A stretch of DNA of 63,987 nt, the filler included, from Octopus bimaculoides (lineage: Eukaryota): assembly GCF_001194135.2 (NCBI RefSeq). It is 5 parts of 5 records of this genome, joined end to end, with 100 filler letters (N's around TTAATTAATTAA, not from the genome) between each part and the next. Parts side by side here need not be neighbours in the genome. Positions count along the whole stretch, not along the records: positions 55,751 to 62,845 come from NC_069000.1; positions 62,946 to 63,987 come from NW_026353148.1; 3 more parts are not named here. The stretch is one strand, 5' to 3'. Below the pieces are notes generated by a model, which saw only the letters and a program-made list of their open reading frames with translations, ran no database searches and had not been told where the DNA came from. The position numbers were made by a program, and so were the translations under genes. Of this stretch, positions 62,768-63,987 are shown piece after piece (within the stretch, counting starts at the first letter, position 1; every line of letters begins with the position of its first letter).

Positions 62768-62803
62768 TATACATACATACATACGCACATACACACACAC
62801 GCA

Positions 62804-62839
<36 letters not shown>

Positions 62840-63546
62840 TATATANNNNNNNNNNNNNNNNNNNNNNNNNNNNNNNNNNNNNNNNNNNNTTAATTAATTA
62901 ANNNNNNNNNNNNNNNNNNNNNNNNNNNNNNNNNNNNNNNNNNNNAAAAAAAAAAAAATTATTATCATTATTATTGTCTGTCCTTACGTTCTGAGTTCAA
63001 ATCCTGGCATGGTCGACTTTGACTTTTCATCTTTGCGGAGTCGACTTATCCTCTCTCCCAGAATTGCTGCCCTTGTGCCAAAATTTGAAATCATCATCAT
63101 CACCATCATATTTTTTATTATTGCTATTATTATTATTATTATTATTATTATCATTATCAACATCTAATTATTTTCAAACGAGTAGGCATGTGAGCAGGTT
63201 TCAATACGTAGACAGGAAGTGGTTTTCAAACGAAGATTGCACCCAAAAGGTGGGCGGTACGGATGAATGAATGAATGAATGAATGCATAGACTAACAACA
63301 ACTGGGGTAGCCGTTGTGATGGTGGTGGGGTTGGTGCTAGGTATAAATGGGTGACACTAACGACACAATATGAATCAAAACCAGTTCTGTACAAATTACA
63401 CACAAGAATTTAATAAGTAATATGGCTAAGCTCCGGTGGATAATATTCACTGAAAGTGTAATGAGATTCTCTCGAGGCTGTGATGTCAAACGGTATGATA
63501 CGGTGAGCATGCTTTATGTGTGAGAGTATGTTTGTATGTGTGTGTG

Positions 63547-63585
<39 letters not shown>

Positions 63586-63826
63586 GACGAGAGAGGTATG
63601 TAGTGAAGCAGAAATGGTCCATAACGTTCGTACAAGCTAGATTTAATATCACGGCAAATTTGAAATGAAAAGGACAGCGAGGCAATCCTGAAATCCATGA
63701 CCTCGGAGAAGCAGCAGTGAGTAACAAGTAAAAATGGAAACAGTAACAGTCTGTTAAGTCAGCCAACTGTTGAACTGTGTACAATGTATTACACACATTC
63801 ATCATTCTCCTTTTGAACATAAGAAC

Positions 63827-63863
<37 letters not shown>

Positions 63864-63987
63864 TCTATCTCCCTGTCTTTATCTATATATCTATCTTATC
63901 TGTTTGTCACATTTATCTATCAACCTGCCTATTTCTCTTTATATATATACATATATATACACACACACATATATATATATATATATA

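Overview
AT-rich, repeat-dominated eukaryotic genomic scaffold with about 5 kb (~8%) of N-gaps and abundant microsatellites. The SINE, LINE and DNA-transposon families look like those of an octopod cephalopod; this is recognition from memory, not a database result. No complete protein-coding gene is visible. The one credible host-gene piece is a 73-nt first coding exon (17660-17732, +) that encodes a signal peptide, ends at a perfect G|GTAAGT donor and lies downstream of a CCAAT-box cluster. The rest of the window is probably its intron or intergenic DNA. Almost all other recognisable coding sequence is decayed transposon: Tc1/mariner (DD36E, DD37D, DD40D spacings), pogo/Tigger, RTE, R4/Dong, L1-Tx1 and CR1-like LINE pieces, plus several tRNA-derived SINE families. 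The most interesting unexplained signal is a pair of paralogous ~70-nt hairpins (7667-7739 and 11963-12031). They share an invariant 23-nt arm and show compensatory stem changes, so they are a candidate small-RNA/miRNA family. I found no evidence for a multi-gene novel system. Several striking patterns are probably assembly artefacts: N44-TTAATTAATTAA-N44 spacers and a 422-bp perfect palindrome at a gap edge. Repeat boundaries given here are approximate unless a TSD or TIR is quoted.
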